A DNA stretch of 64,000 nt from an uncultured archaeon (lineage in GTDB: Archaea; Aenigmatarchaeota; Aenigmatarchaeia; CG10238-14; SCSR01): assembly GCA_964601215.1 (NCBI GenBank), contig CAZRMN010000001.1, positions 334 through 64,333 on the forward strand. The letters are read 5' to 3'. Shown in pieces: positions 47,628-56,795 of the stretch. Position 1 is the stretch's first letter. The number at the start of each line of letters is the position of its first letter. The translations under genes and the position numbers were made by a program. The notes under the pieces are model-generated. The model ran no database searches, was not told where the DNA came from, and was given only the letters and a program-made list of their open reading frames with translations.

Positions 47628-49051
47628 CTTTTCCTCTTTACCTCTTTTATTTCAAAATATCCACACTTAGTGCACTTTCTACTCACAACATACTTTCCTT
47701 TATATGTGGTTTCAAGTCTTCCTCCGCATATAGGACATCTTTTAACTGCTATTAACAAGAACATGTAGGCTGCGACTACTATTGGTCCAATAATTCCAGT
47801 TATTATAAGCGTTGATTTTATTAGTTCAAGTCTACTTTCAATAACTTCTGGACATGTACCACAGTCTTCTGGACAAGTTTCACAACTTTCTGTGGGTTCA
47901 CATACCCCATTTCCACAAGAAATTTCAGGAGGTGGTATTGGTTTTACGTATAAGCTAACTTGAGTTTCATTAGTTAGCTCATCAGAAATTACTTTTATTT
48001 TAAATCTATAAGTTCCACTTTTTGTTGGAGAATAGCTTATGATAAAACTTTTTGTTTCTCCAGGAATAGCTTTTGAATAACTACTAGGCTGAATTGAATA
48101 CCAGCTTGCATCTAAACCCTCAACTCCTATTTTTATGTTATGTAAATCCACATTTCCTTCATTCTTCACTAGAATATTTCTTGCTGCAGTTTCATTCTCA
48201 AAAAGTTCGATATAAGTATCGATAACATAAGACCATGCTATTACTTTTTTAGGGGGCGCAGGTGTTGGTGTGGGTGTTGGAGTTGGTGTTGGAGTTGGTG
48301 TAATTGTTTGTACTTGAACACTCGCAGAATCACTACTTCCAAATCCTTCAGATGAATTTCCAATTACAGAAAAGAAATAAGTACCAGTAGAAGAAGGTGC
48401 GGCAACAGTTATATTATTCCAGAAGGATTGTCCTGGAGAAAGAGAAGCTACACTTACATTTAAGCTTCCAGAAGCTAAACTCCAGCCAGATGGTAAGACC
48501 CAAGTAAGCCAAACGTTACTTGCGTCTCCTGAACCAGTATTAGTTGCTTTTGCACTCAAACTAACTTGTTGGTCAGGAGAAACTGAACTAGGAGCATCAA
48601 CGATTTCTGCAGAAATATAAGGCTGAGGTAATGTAGAAGCAATTAAAGTGCCAGTTACAGTTTCATAAGAAGGAGAAACATCAGGGGTAGTTGCATTAAC
48701 TTTTATAGAATAATCATAAGTCCCAGCTTGTGAAGGAACTGTAGCGTTAACTTGTATATATTTTAACTCTCCTACAGCCAGCGAAAAGGTTGAGGAAGTG
48801 TTAAAAGAAATCCATGCTTGGTTTGGAATTAATTCAAAATTTATAGTTTTTGTACCAGTATTGTTAAGTCTAAAAACACCAAGTATTACTTCTGTACCTA
48901 CCATTCCAGATTTTGTCCCAAAGGAAGTGGGATAAATTTCCCAATCTAAAGGACCATATTCAATTGTAATTTCGACTACTGTTGAAAAAACTAAAGGTAA
49001 AAATAGTAAAAAGAAAGCTGATACAAATAAAATTAAAGTTTTACCTTTCAT
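47624..49051 (-). CDS. Surface protein with CARDB/NEW3-like Ig domains, PT linker, C-terminal TM and Zn-ribbon
   Basis: Signal peptide; N-x-G..LPSGW; CGNGVCE; TM then CPICG...CTKCG. Confidence 0.7.
   Translation of the reverse strand: MKGKTLILFVSAFFLLFLPLVFSTVVEITIEYGPLDWEIYPTSFGTKSGMVGTEVILGVFRLNNTGTKTINFELIPNQAWISFNTSSTFSLAVGELKYIQVNATVPSQAGTYDYSIKVNATTPDVSPSYETVTGTLIASTLPQPYISAEIVDAPSSVSPDQQVSLSAKATNTGSGDASNVWLTWVLPSGWSLASGSLNVSVASLSPGQSFWNNITVAAPSSTGTYFFSVIGNSSEGFGSSDSASVQVQTITPTPTPTPTPTPTPAPPKKVIAWSYVIDTYIELFENETAARNILVKNEGNVDLHNIKIGVEGLDASWYSIQPSSYSKAIPGETKSFIISYSPTKSGTYRFKIKVISDELTNETQVSLYVKPIPPPEISCGNGVCEPTESCETCPEDCGTCPEVIESRLELIKSTLIITGIIGPIVVAAYMFLLIAVKRCPICGGRLETTYKGKYVVSRKCTKCGYFEIKEVKRKS
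48261..48301 (-). repeat. Coding (Thr-Pro)n hexamer repeat
   Basis: GGTGTT/GGAGTT units encoding a TPTPTP linker. Confidence 0.85.
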
Positions 49052-49148
49052 AAATTTCTATAAAGAACTTGAAAATCTTTATTAATAAATATTAGTTTTG
49101 AACTATCTTTAAATTTAAATAACAAAATATATAGTTAAGTGAAGCTTT

Positions 49149-50108
49149 ATGAAGGAAATTTATATTTATGCTGAAAAATATCGACCTGAAAAGCTTAATG
49201 AAGTAATAAATCAAAAGCATGTTGTAGAAAGAGTCAAAGCTTTTGTTAAAGAAAAAAATATCCCTCACATGCTTTTTGCAGGACCTGCGGGAACGGGTAA
49301 GACGACTGTTGCTCTTTGTATTGCAAAAGAATTATATGGAAAAAAATGGAGGCAAAATGTTCTTGAGTTAAATGCTAGTGATGCTAGAGGGATAGATGTA
49401 ATAAGAGGCCAGGTAAAAGATTTTGCAAGAACAAAACCTATAGGAGAAATTCCTTACAAAATTATAATTCTAGATGAAGCAGACGCTCTAACTCCTGAAG
49501 CTCAACAGGCTTTACGTAGAACTATGGAAAATTTTACCCATGTTTCCCGTTTTATTCTAATCTGTAACTGGAGTTCTAAAATTATCGAACCAATTCAAAG
49601 CAGAGTAGCGGTTTTTAGGTTTAGAAGTTTAGAAGAAAGTGAAATTAAAAAATTCATTCAAAGAATAGTAAAAGGTGAAAAATTAAAAATTGCAGAAAAT
49701 GCAATAAAAGCAATAGTTTATATTTCTGAAGGAGATTTAAGAAAAGTTGCTAATTTATTGCAGGCTTGTGCAGCTCTCGGCAGAAGAATTACAGAAGAAG
49801 TTGTTTATGAGGTAGCTTCAAAAGCTAAACCTACTGATGTAAAAGAAATGCTGGAATTAGCTATAAAAGGTAAGTTTAAGGAAGCAAGAAAAAAATTGCA
49901 AGATATGATTTTAAGGCAAGGTTTAGCGGGAAGTGATATAATTGCTGAAATTCATAGACAAATTTATTCTTTAAACTTACCAGAAGAAGCAAAAGTTAAG
50001 CTAATAGAAAAATGTGGTGAATATGAGTTTAGAATAAGTGAAGGCTGTAATGAATTAATCCAACTTGAAGCTTTACTCGCCCAATTTTTGCTATTTTCTA
50101 AGAAATAG
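49149..50108 (+). CDS. rfcS: Replication factor C small subunit
   Basis: EKYRP, GPAGTGKT, ELNASDARG, LDEAD, IQSR. Confidence 0.96.
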   Translation: MKEIYIYAEKYRPEKLNEVINQKHVVERVKAFVKEKNIPHMLFAGPAGTGKTTVALCIAKELYGKKWRQNVLELNASDARGIDVIRGQVKDFARTKPIGEIPYKIIILDEADALTPEAQQALRRTMENFTHVSRFILICNWSSKIIEPIQSRVAVFRFRSLEESEIKKFIQRIVKGEKLKIAENAIKAIVYISEGDLRKVANLLQACAALGRRITEEVVYEVASKAKPTDVKEMLELAIKGKFKEARKKLQDMILRQGLAGSDIIAEIHRQIYSLNLPEEAKVKLIEKCGEYEFRISEGCNELIQLEALLAQFLLFSKK

Positions 50109-51323
50109 TTGATCAGCTTGACTTGGGCAGAAAAATATAAACCAAAAAGTTTAAAGGAATTTGTGAATCAAAAAGAAGCTTTAGAAGAATTTTTAAAATG
50201 GATAAAATCTTGGAAGCCTGGAAGTAAAGCTTTGCTTTTGTATGGGATGCCAGGTGTTGGTAAAACTGCCTTAGTAGAAGCTTATGCTTCGGAAAAAAAA
50301 GTTGATTTAATTGAGATGAATGCAAGCGACTTTAGGTCTTCAGTTCAAATAAAAAGAATATTAGGAAGTTCTATAACTCAAGCTTCCTTATTTAAAAAAG
50401 GAAAAATTTTTTTGATAGATGAAATAGACGGAATAGCAGGAAGAGAAGATAGAGGTGGAGTGGGAGAAATAATTAAAATAATCAAAACATCAAGGTTTCC
50501 TATTGTATTGACTTGCAATAACCCATATGACCCAAAGCTTAGAAGTTTAAGGCAATATTGCAAGCTTGTCCAATTCAAAAAAATTTATGTTTGGGATATA
50601 GTTAAGCGCTTAGCTTACATTTGCAAAAAGGAAGGAATAAAAGCTAGTAAGGATATACTCAAAAAAATCGCTTCTTTAAGTAAGGGTGATTTAAGAGCAG
50701 CTATAAATGATTTAGAAACGATAGCAAGAGGTAAAAGAGAAATAGTTGAAAAAGATTTGGAAGTCTTAAGTTATAGGGAAAGAGAGGAAAGTATTTTTGA
50801 TGCTTTAAAAATGATTTTTAAAACTAGAACTGCTCTAGCAGCTAAACTTTCGATAATTAATGTTGATAAAGATCCTGATGAAATTTTTTGGTGGATAGAA
50901 AATAATATTTTAAATGAATATGAAAAACCTGAAGAAATTGCAAAAGCTTTTGAAGCTTTGAGTAAGGCAGATTTGTTCAGGCGAAGGGTTTCTTCAAGGC
51001 AAAATTGGAGACTTAAAGGTTATATGATAGACCTTATGACTGCTGGAGTTTCTTCTGCAAAAGAAAAGGTTTACAAGAAGTTTACAAAATATCAATATCC
51101 AGAAAAACTTATAATTCTAGGAAGTACAAAACAAATGAGAAAGGAAGAAAAGGAACTTCTACTAAATCTTTCAAAAATTTTACATTGTTCAATAAGAAAA
51201 TTAAAAAAAGAGTTTTTACCGTTCATTAAAATTTGGTTCAAAAACAAGAAAATGAAAGAAAACTTGTTAAATTCCTTAGGTTTGGACAGACAACATGCAG
51301 AAATTTTAAAAAATATTAATTAA
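50109..51323 (+). CDS. rfcL: Replication factor C large subunit
   Basis: WAEKYKP, GMPGVGKT, EMNASDFR, IDEIDG, GDLRAAINDL. Confidence 0.94.
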   Translation: MISLTWAEKYKPKSLKEFVNQKEALEEFLKWIKSWKPGSKALLLYGMPGVGKTALVEAYASEKKVDLIEMNASDFRSSVQIKRILGSSITQASLFKKGKIFLIDEIDGIAGREDRGGVGEIIKIIKTSRFPIVLTCNNPYDPKLRSLRQYCKLVQFKKIYVWDIVKRLAYICKKEGIKASKDILKKIASLSKGDLRAAINDLETIARGKREIVEKDLEVLSYREREESIFDALKMIFKTRTALAAKLSIINVDKDPDEIFWWIENNILNEYEKPEEIAKAFEALSKADLFRRRVSSRQNWRLKGYMIDLMTAGVSSAKEKVYKKFTKYQYPEKLIILGSTKQMRKEEKELLLNLSKILHCSIRKLKKEFLPFIKIWFKNKKMKENLLNSLGLDRQHAEILKNIN

Positions 51324-51341
51324 CAATTTGGTATTTTAATT

Positions 51342-54300
51342 ATGAGAGTATTGTTATTTTTTGTATTATTTTTTCTACTATTTTTACCAGTTGCTTTTGC
51401 TGCTTGTCCACCCGCTTGTCCACCTGATTACCAATGTGGAGGGTACGTAGACCCAGGTACTTATTATGGCTGTTTTGAAGGAAGTGGAAAAAATCAAAGT
51501 TGGTATAGTGATTTCTCCTCTTATACAAGAGTCAACTTTACGGTAAGTTTATCTATGAGTTCTGATGATGATTTAGATTTATTCCTTTATGATCCCGACG
51601 GGTTTCTCATAGATAAATCGAGTTCAAAAATTCCTGGAGCCCCTGAACAGATTTCAATTTGCGGCAAAAACGGTACTTGGACGAGTGATGTGTATTCCTA
51701 TAGCGTTCAAGGCGGTTATGCAAGTTATTCAATAACAATTTCAGCGATTAATCAGGAATGTTGTGATGATTCCGATTGTGAAACTGGAGAGATATGTAAA
51801 AATGGTCAATGTGTTTTTCATTGCTATCCTGAAGGTGCAGAATGTAGTGATGATTCCGAATGTTGTTCAGGAATTTGTGATGAAAGATGTTGTAAAGCAA
51901 CTTGCCCACAAGATGATTTCACTTGTTCTGGAAGTAGTATTACTTATAGAGAATATTACTGTGATGTTAATGGAGATTGTAAGTATAATGAGTATTTAAG
52001 AGATTGGAATAAACCAGATTCCAATGGATACATAAGAGATTGGCTTATATTGGGACCTTTTAAAGATATAGATTGCGGTTGTGAACCTTGTTTTTCTTCA
52101 TCTATGGAAAGACGAGGGTGCGACAATTGGTTTGATTTTTCTTCCATCTCTCCTATTGGAGGAATGAAAACAGCTGGCCAAACCTGGTTTATTCACCATA
52201 ATAGTGATGAGTTAATCGATTTTGAAAACGATGTTTTTGGTAGTGGTGTATTAAAAGATTATGTTACTGCTTTTGCTTTCGCATATATTTATTCTCCTGA
52301 AGAAAGAGATGCAAAATTAGCTGTTGGATACAATAATGGTATAACTGTTTGGTTGAATGGAAATAAAATCCTAGATAAATCATCGGAATGTAGATATGGT
52401 TATGGAGAAACTGAGGATGTTGTAAACACTCATTTGAACAAAGGAATGAATAAACTTCTGATTAGAGTGGGCGAAAAAACTGGAGTTTGGGTCTTTAAAG
52501 CTAGGTTCAAATTCTTAGATGGTAGGCCTATGACTGATGTAAATATTTCTATTCCTTCTTACAGTTATAATTGTGAAGATTTTAATGGATGGGTTACTTA
52601 CACATTTTCGTCTTCCTCGTGTTGTAGTTTATACAACTATACTTATTATGCCTCTTATTATTGTTCAGGAAAAAGTTGTAAACAAACTGCCTCTAGCGCA
52701 ACTTCAGAAAAAATATCAGACTTAAATACTGGATTGGCTTGTGGAAATAATTACTGTTCAGGAGCTTATGGATATAATAAAACATGTGCAAACGGATACT
52801 GTACCTCATTTTTAATTTTGAATTGTAGTGATAATTATGCTTGCACTTATGACAGATGCTCAGGATTAGCTTCCAGTTGTTATCATTGTGTTAACGAGGG
52901 TTATTCAACTTCTTCTCCAGGGTGTAATTATGTGTGTTGTTCTGGATTGACTTTAAAGTCATGTTCATTCGGTAGTGTTTGTTGTCCTCGAGATTATTGC
53001 TATTATTCTAGTTATTATTATCCTACTCCTTGCAAAAGATGTAGAACAAAAACTTGTTATGTCTATAGTTGTCCATCGGTTGAAGGAGAAAGATGCCCTT
53101 ATACGGTTACTCAAACAGAAGAATGTGAAAATGTAAATGAGGGTAAAATTTGTGATGTAGGAAGTTCTCAATGTATTGATGAATGTAACAAAGGAAGAAA
53201 TGTATATAAGTGTACAAGCGGTGAATGTTTACCTACAAATGAATTTGCAAGTTTAGTGGCCTATTGGAAGTTTGATGAAAATTCTGGGGATAAAGCTTAC
53301 GATAGTTCTGGATATGGAAATAATGGAACTTTATATGGGGGATTAGATACAACGGGTTGGACAAACGGAAAATTCAATTTTGCTCTTAATTTTGATGGTA
53401 TTGATGATTATGTTTCAATTCCTAATTCACCAAGTTTGCAGACTATAGCTCAATTAACTATAGAAGCATGGATAAACATAAATAAAATTCAGTCGAGGAT
53501 GACAATAGTAAGTAAACATTACAATGAGTATGAACTAATGATAGATAACTCTGGAAGCCAACTAAGGTTCTATAAATTCGATAGGAATTCCAATTATTGG
53601 GAATGTGCTTACATTTCTTTTAGTTTTGAAACACAAAAATGGTATCATCTTGGAGTAACAATGAATGGAACTAAAATAACATTTTACATAAACGGTGTAA
53701 AATATTCCCCATCAGGCTACTTTTATTCACCAATGGCTTATGGGACTATTCCTGGAACACATCCACTTTATATAGGTAGAAGAGTATGGAGTACGAACTA
53801 TTTTAATGGAATAATAGATGAAGTAAAAATTTATAATTATGCTTTGACCGATGAAGAAATTCTAAAAGAATATTTGAATGGTCCTTATTCCAATCCTAAT
53901 TCTTGTTCCCCCTTTTCCTGTTCTCAAGGGATTTGCACAGATATCTGCAAAAGTAATTGTGGTGCTGATTTAAGTTGCGATGAAAAAGCTATTGGTTCAT
54001 CTTGTGAAATTAATAAAATATGCAACGAGAGTTGTAATTGTGTACTTGATTGTTCTATCTTTGATGAGAATTCTTGCCCTGCTCCAGATTGCGAGTGGTG
54101 TAGTGGAGATAATCAATGCAAACCTGCTTCACAAGTTGAATGTCAACCAGGTCAATGTAATGGAAACGCTTTATACTGTAATGCTCATTGCACTTGGTCT
54201 TTATGTCCTGGAACAAATGCTGAATGTTCTTGTAAAAATGGTATTTGTGAGCCTTGTATAGGAGGAACATGTAACAATTTTATTTGTCAACTTCCTTGTT

Positions 54301-54935
54301 CTCCTGGTGAATGTAGTATACCTACTCCGCCTTTTTGTATTTCGAATGGACAATGTTGGGGAGATTATATTTGCAGAAACGGAAATTTAGAAGAACATAA
54401 AGGGGATGGGATTTGCAATTGTGGAGAAACTAGTTTAGATACTCCCGAAGATTGCAAAAGATATCATATCACACTATATAGAGGATGGAACCTTATTTCC
54501 ATACCTTTCAAAAAAATTTCAACAATAGAATCAGATACTTGCAATTCTGAAAATTTACCATTTTACCATTGGGATAATCAAAATAAAAAATGGGAAATAG
54601 TTTACGGAATTACTAATTTAAAATTTGGAGAAGCTTATTGGGTTAATCCTCAATGGCATCTAGGTAAAGAATATATGCCTTTGTATGAAGGTTGTGATAT
54701 AAACATATCTGCAAGTGATGCTGGCTCTCTTTCCGAGTTACCAGACTTAACTGCAGGATATAATCAAGTGGGCTCTGTTTGGAATAGGATATCACCTTTT
54801 CCTACAGGGAATTGTCAAATTTCTATTGGTCCTCTATACTGGGACCCTCACAAAAAAAGATGGTCTGAGGCATCGGATATGATAAGAGGACAGGGATATT
54901 GGATTTATACTACTAACGATTGCAGATTAGGCTAA
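51342..54935 (+). CDS. Large secreted Cys-rich multidomain protein (PPC-like, PA14-like, LamG)
   Basis: Signal peptide; DLDLFLYDPDG; WLILGPF..VWLNG; LamG AYWKFDE..IDEVKIY; GWNLIS-x-P C-terminal module. Confidence 0.75.
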   Translation: MRVLLFFVLFFLLFLPVAFAACPPACPPDYQCGGYVDPGTYYGCFEGSGKNQSWYSDFSSYTRVNFTVSLSMSSDDDLDLFLYDPDGFLIDKSSSKIPGAPEQISICGKNGTWTSDVYSYSVQGGYASYSITISAINQECCDDSDCETGEICKNGQCVFHCYPEGAECSDDSECCSGICDERCCKATCPQDDFTCSGSSITYREYYCDVNGDCKYNEYLRDWNKPDSNGYIRDWLILGPFKDIDCGCEPCFSSSMERRGCDNWFDFSSISPIGGMKTAGQTWFIHHNSDELIDFENDVFGSGVLKDYVTAFAFAYIYSPEERDAKLAVGYNNGITVWLNGNKILDKSSECRYGYGETEDVVNTHLNKGMNKLLIRVGEKTGVWVFKARFKFLDGRPMTDVNISIPSYSYNCEDFNGWVTYTFSSSSCCSLYNYTYYASYYCSGKSCKQTASSATSEKISDLNTGLACGNNYCSGAYGYNKTCANGYCTSFLILNCSDNYACTYDRCSGLASSCYHCVNEGYSTSSPGCNYVCCSGLTLKSCSFGSVCCPRDYCYYSSYYYPTPCKRCRTKTCYVYSCPSVEGERCPYTVTQTEECENVNEGKICDVGSSQCIDECNKGRNVYKCTSGECLPTNEFASLVAYWKFDENSGDKAYDSSGYGNNGTLYGGLDTTGWTNGKFNFALNFDGIDDYVSIPNSPSLQTIAQLTIEAWININKIQSRMTIVSKHYNEYELMIDNSGSQLRFYKFDRNSNYWECAYISFSFETQKWYHLGVTMNGTKITFYINGVKYSPSGYFYSPMAYGTIPGTHPLYIGRRVWSTNYFNGIIDEVKIYNYALTDEEILKEYLNGPYSNPNSCSPFSCSQGICTDICKSNCGADLSCDEKAIGSSCEINKICNESCNCVLDCSIFDENSCPAPDCEWCSGDNQCKPASQVECQPGQCNGNALYCNAHCTWSLCPGTNAECSCKNGICEPCIGGTCNNFICQLPCSPGECSIPTPPFCISNGQCWGDYICRNGNLEEHKGDGICNCGETSLDTPEDCKRYHITLYRGWNLISIPFKKISTIESDTCNSENLPFYHWDNQNKKWEIVYGITNLKFGEAYWVNPQWHLGKEYMPLYEGCDINISASDAGSLSELPDLTAGYNQVGSVWNRISPFPTGNCQISIGPLYWDPHKKRWSEASDMIRGQGYWIYTTNDCRLG

Positions 54936-55351
54936 GGCCTAGTTACTGAAAATTCTGAATACAATCTTGCTTGTGAAGATTCTAAATAAATTTTGGCTTC
55001 GACTACCGCATTCATAGGTGGTGGTTCATCTGCACAAGGAGAAATTGTGTAATGAATATCTAAGATATAATTTTTTTCAGAAGCAAACCTTTCAGCAAAA
55101 TTTTTGAATTCATCTAAGTTATACTTCAAGTCTTCACAAGTTTTGCTAGTTTTAACTGTTTCTTTGAATTTTTCGACTATATTGTCAAAAACAAAAGATT
55201 CATCACTTAAAGCAACAAAAGAGGTGTCAGGAATAGTGTAAGGTTCTAACCATCTACTTACAAAAAATATTATTGTTACTATAGCAACTGCAGATAGAAC
55301 AAAAAATTGCGCTTTCCTAGAGCTTAACAAACTGAGCATGAGGGACCCCAT
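54932..55351 (-). CDS. Pilin-like protein
   Basis: RKA|QFFVL plus hydrophobic helix. Confidence 0.6.
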   Translation of the reverse strand: MGSLMLSLLSSRKAQFFVLSAVAIVTIIFFVSRWLEPYTIPDTSFVALSDESFVFDNIVEKFKETVKTSKTCEDLKYNLDEFKNFAERFASEKNYILDIHYTISPCADEPPPMNAVVEAKIYLESSQARLYSEFSVTRP

Positions 55352-55607
55352 TAATTAAAATAATATTTTCTCTTGTTATAAAACCATTCTTTTCAGCTAG
55401 TTCAACAATTTTTTTACCTAAAAGATTACCAATGGTTGCTTTTTCCATAATTTTTATCGCAATTTTTTCATCAATTAGTCTTCCCCCATAGAATTCTTTT
55501 TTTGCTTTTATGTTTAGCCTTTTATCTATCGTTTTTTCCAAAAGTTCTTCATCACATATGGCTACAAGGATATCGTATTTAGTGTTAAAAATTTTACTCC
55601 AAAACAT
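55317..55607 (-). CDS. DUF424 family protein
   Basis: LVAICD, FYGG, NL-x-G, GVPHAQ. Confidence 0.88.
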   Translation of the reverse strand: MFWSKIFNTKYDILVAICDEELLEKTIDKRLNIKAKKEFYGGRLIDEKIAIKIMEKATIGNLLGKKIVELAEKNGFITRENIILINGVPHAQFVKL

Positions 55608-56017
55608 TACTTACTCCTTACAGAATATTTTGCACCACAAGCTTCACACTTTAAAAAACTTATTCTTCCTTCTTTTACAATTTTTGTGTCTGGTTGTTTG
55701 CACTCTTTACACAAAACAAATTCCTTTACATATTCTTCAAGTTTTTTTTGTAAAATTTCTTTTGATATTCTACCTTGAAAAACTAAATAACTTCCTTCCA
55801 CGCTTGCGGCAGTAGCTAATTCTTTTGAAATAAATTTAGTAAAATGTTTAACATCCCTTCTCAAAACATTTAAAATTTCGTTTAAGTTTTTAAGAATTGT
55901 TTTATTCCCATGAATTTCAGAAATAACTCTAGGCATTTCAAACCTTTTTCTCTCTTCTACCCTTTTTGGAAGTTTTTTAAGAGCTTTTTCAAGCATTTCT
56001 TCATACTTCATCTTCAC
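55607..56017 (-). CDS. eif2b: Translation initiation factor aIF2 beta
   Basis: RFE-x-P, KELAT, C-x2-C-x-x-PDT..CEACGA. Confidence 0.95.
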   Translation of the reverse strand: MKMKYEEMLEKALKKLPKRVEERKRFEMPRVISEIHGNKTILKNLNEILNVLRRDVKHFTKFISKELATAASVEGSYLVFQGRISKEILQKKLEEYVKEFVLCKECKQPDTKIVKEGRISFLKCEACGAKYSVRSK

Positions 56018-56751
56018 ACCTTCTTGAAAATTCCTGGCCTAGGTTCATAAAGAGTACCTGATGCAAGCAATTCATTAATCGCATTATCAATTACATTTTC
56101 TGGTAAATCTGAAAGTTGAAGGATTTTACTTATTTCCACACCCTCGCCTTCGTCCAAATCCTCAATAAGTTTGAGTATTTTGGGTTTATAATCTATTTCT
56201 TGGGAAACTTTTAAGTTTTCTTGAATTACTCTTAAACTTTCCCTATCTATACCAAACTTTTTTTTCACATATTCCTCCAATTCTTCTGAGTTTATTTTTC
56301 CTTGCAGTTTTTTTATTTCTTCCAAAATTTTTTTCTGTTCTACTAACTCGTTCAAAATTTCCAGTTTTCTTAAAATTTCAAGATTTTTATTCTCAACTTT
56401 TCTTACTATTTCTCCATTTATATAAACCTCGCCATTATATTCTTTTATTTTTCCTATTACTATTACCATATCACCTATTTCTATTTCTTTTAATAAATCA
56501 ACTTTTTCTCTGAAAGTCTTTACTCTTATAGTTTCAGTTCCATCATCAATAGTAATAGTAGAATAGTTTTCATCCTCGCTCAAAAATTTATCTATGACAG
56601 TTGCTACTAAATTTACCCTAGAAATTTTTTGGCCAAAAGGGGTTATCAAATAACTTGGTTTCATCCCTTCTTTTTCACCAAAGTAGAACTTCCCGTTTAC
56701 TATATCACAAATTCTAACTTTTTTTGCTGGTAGTCTTTTTTTGTCACTCAT
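56014..56751 (-). CDS. RPA32-like OB-fold ssDNA-binding protein with wHTH
   Basis: RVN-x-x-A-x-V, IDDGT-x-x-I, C-terminal LYEPRPG. Confidence 0.82.
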   Translation of the reverse strand: MSDKKRLPAKKVRICDIVNGKFYFGEKEGMKPSYLITPFGQKISRVNLVATVIDKFLSEDENYSTITIDDGTETIRVKTFREKVDLLKEIEIGDMVIVIGKIKEYNGEVYINGEIVRKVENKNLEILRKLEILNELVEQKKILEEIKKLQGKINSEELEEYVKKKFGIDRESLRVIQENLKVSQEIDYKPKILKLIEDLDEGEGVEISKILQLSDLPENVIDNAINELLASGTLYEPRPGIFKKV

Positions 56752-56795
56752 CTAACTCTTATATAATTTTCAACATTTTAAAGTTTTAGAAAATT

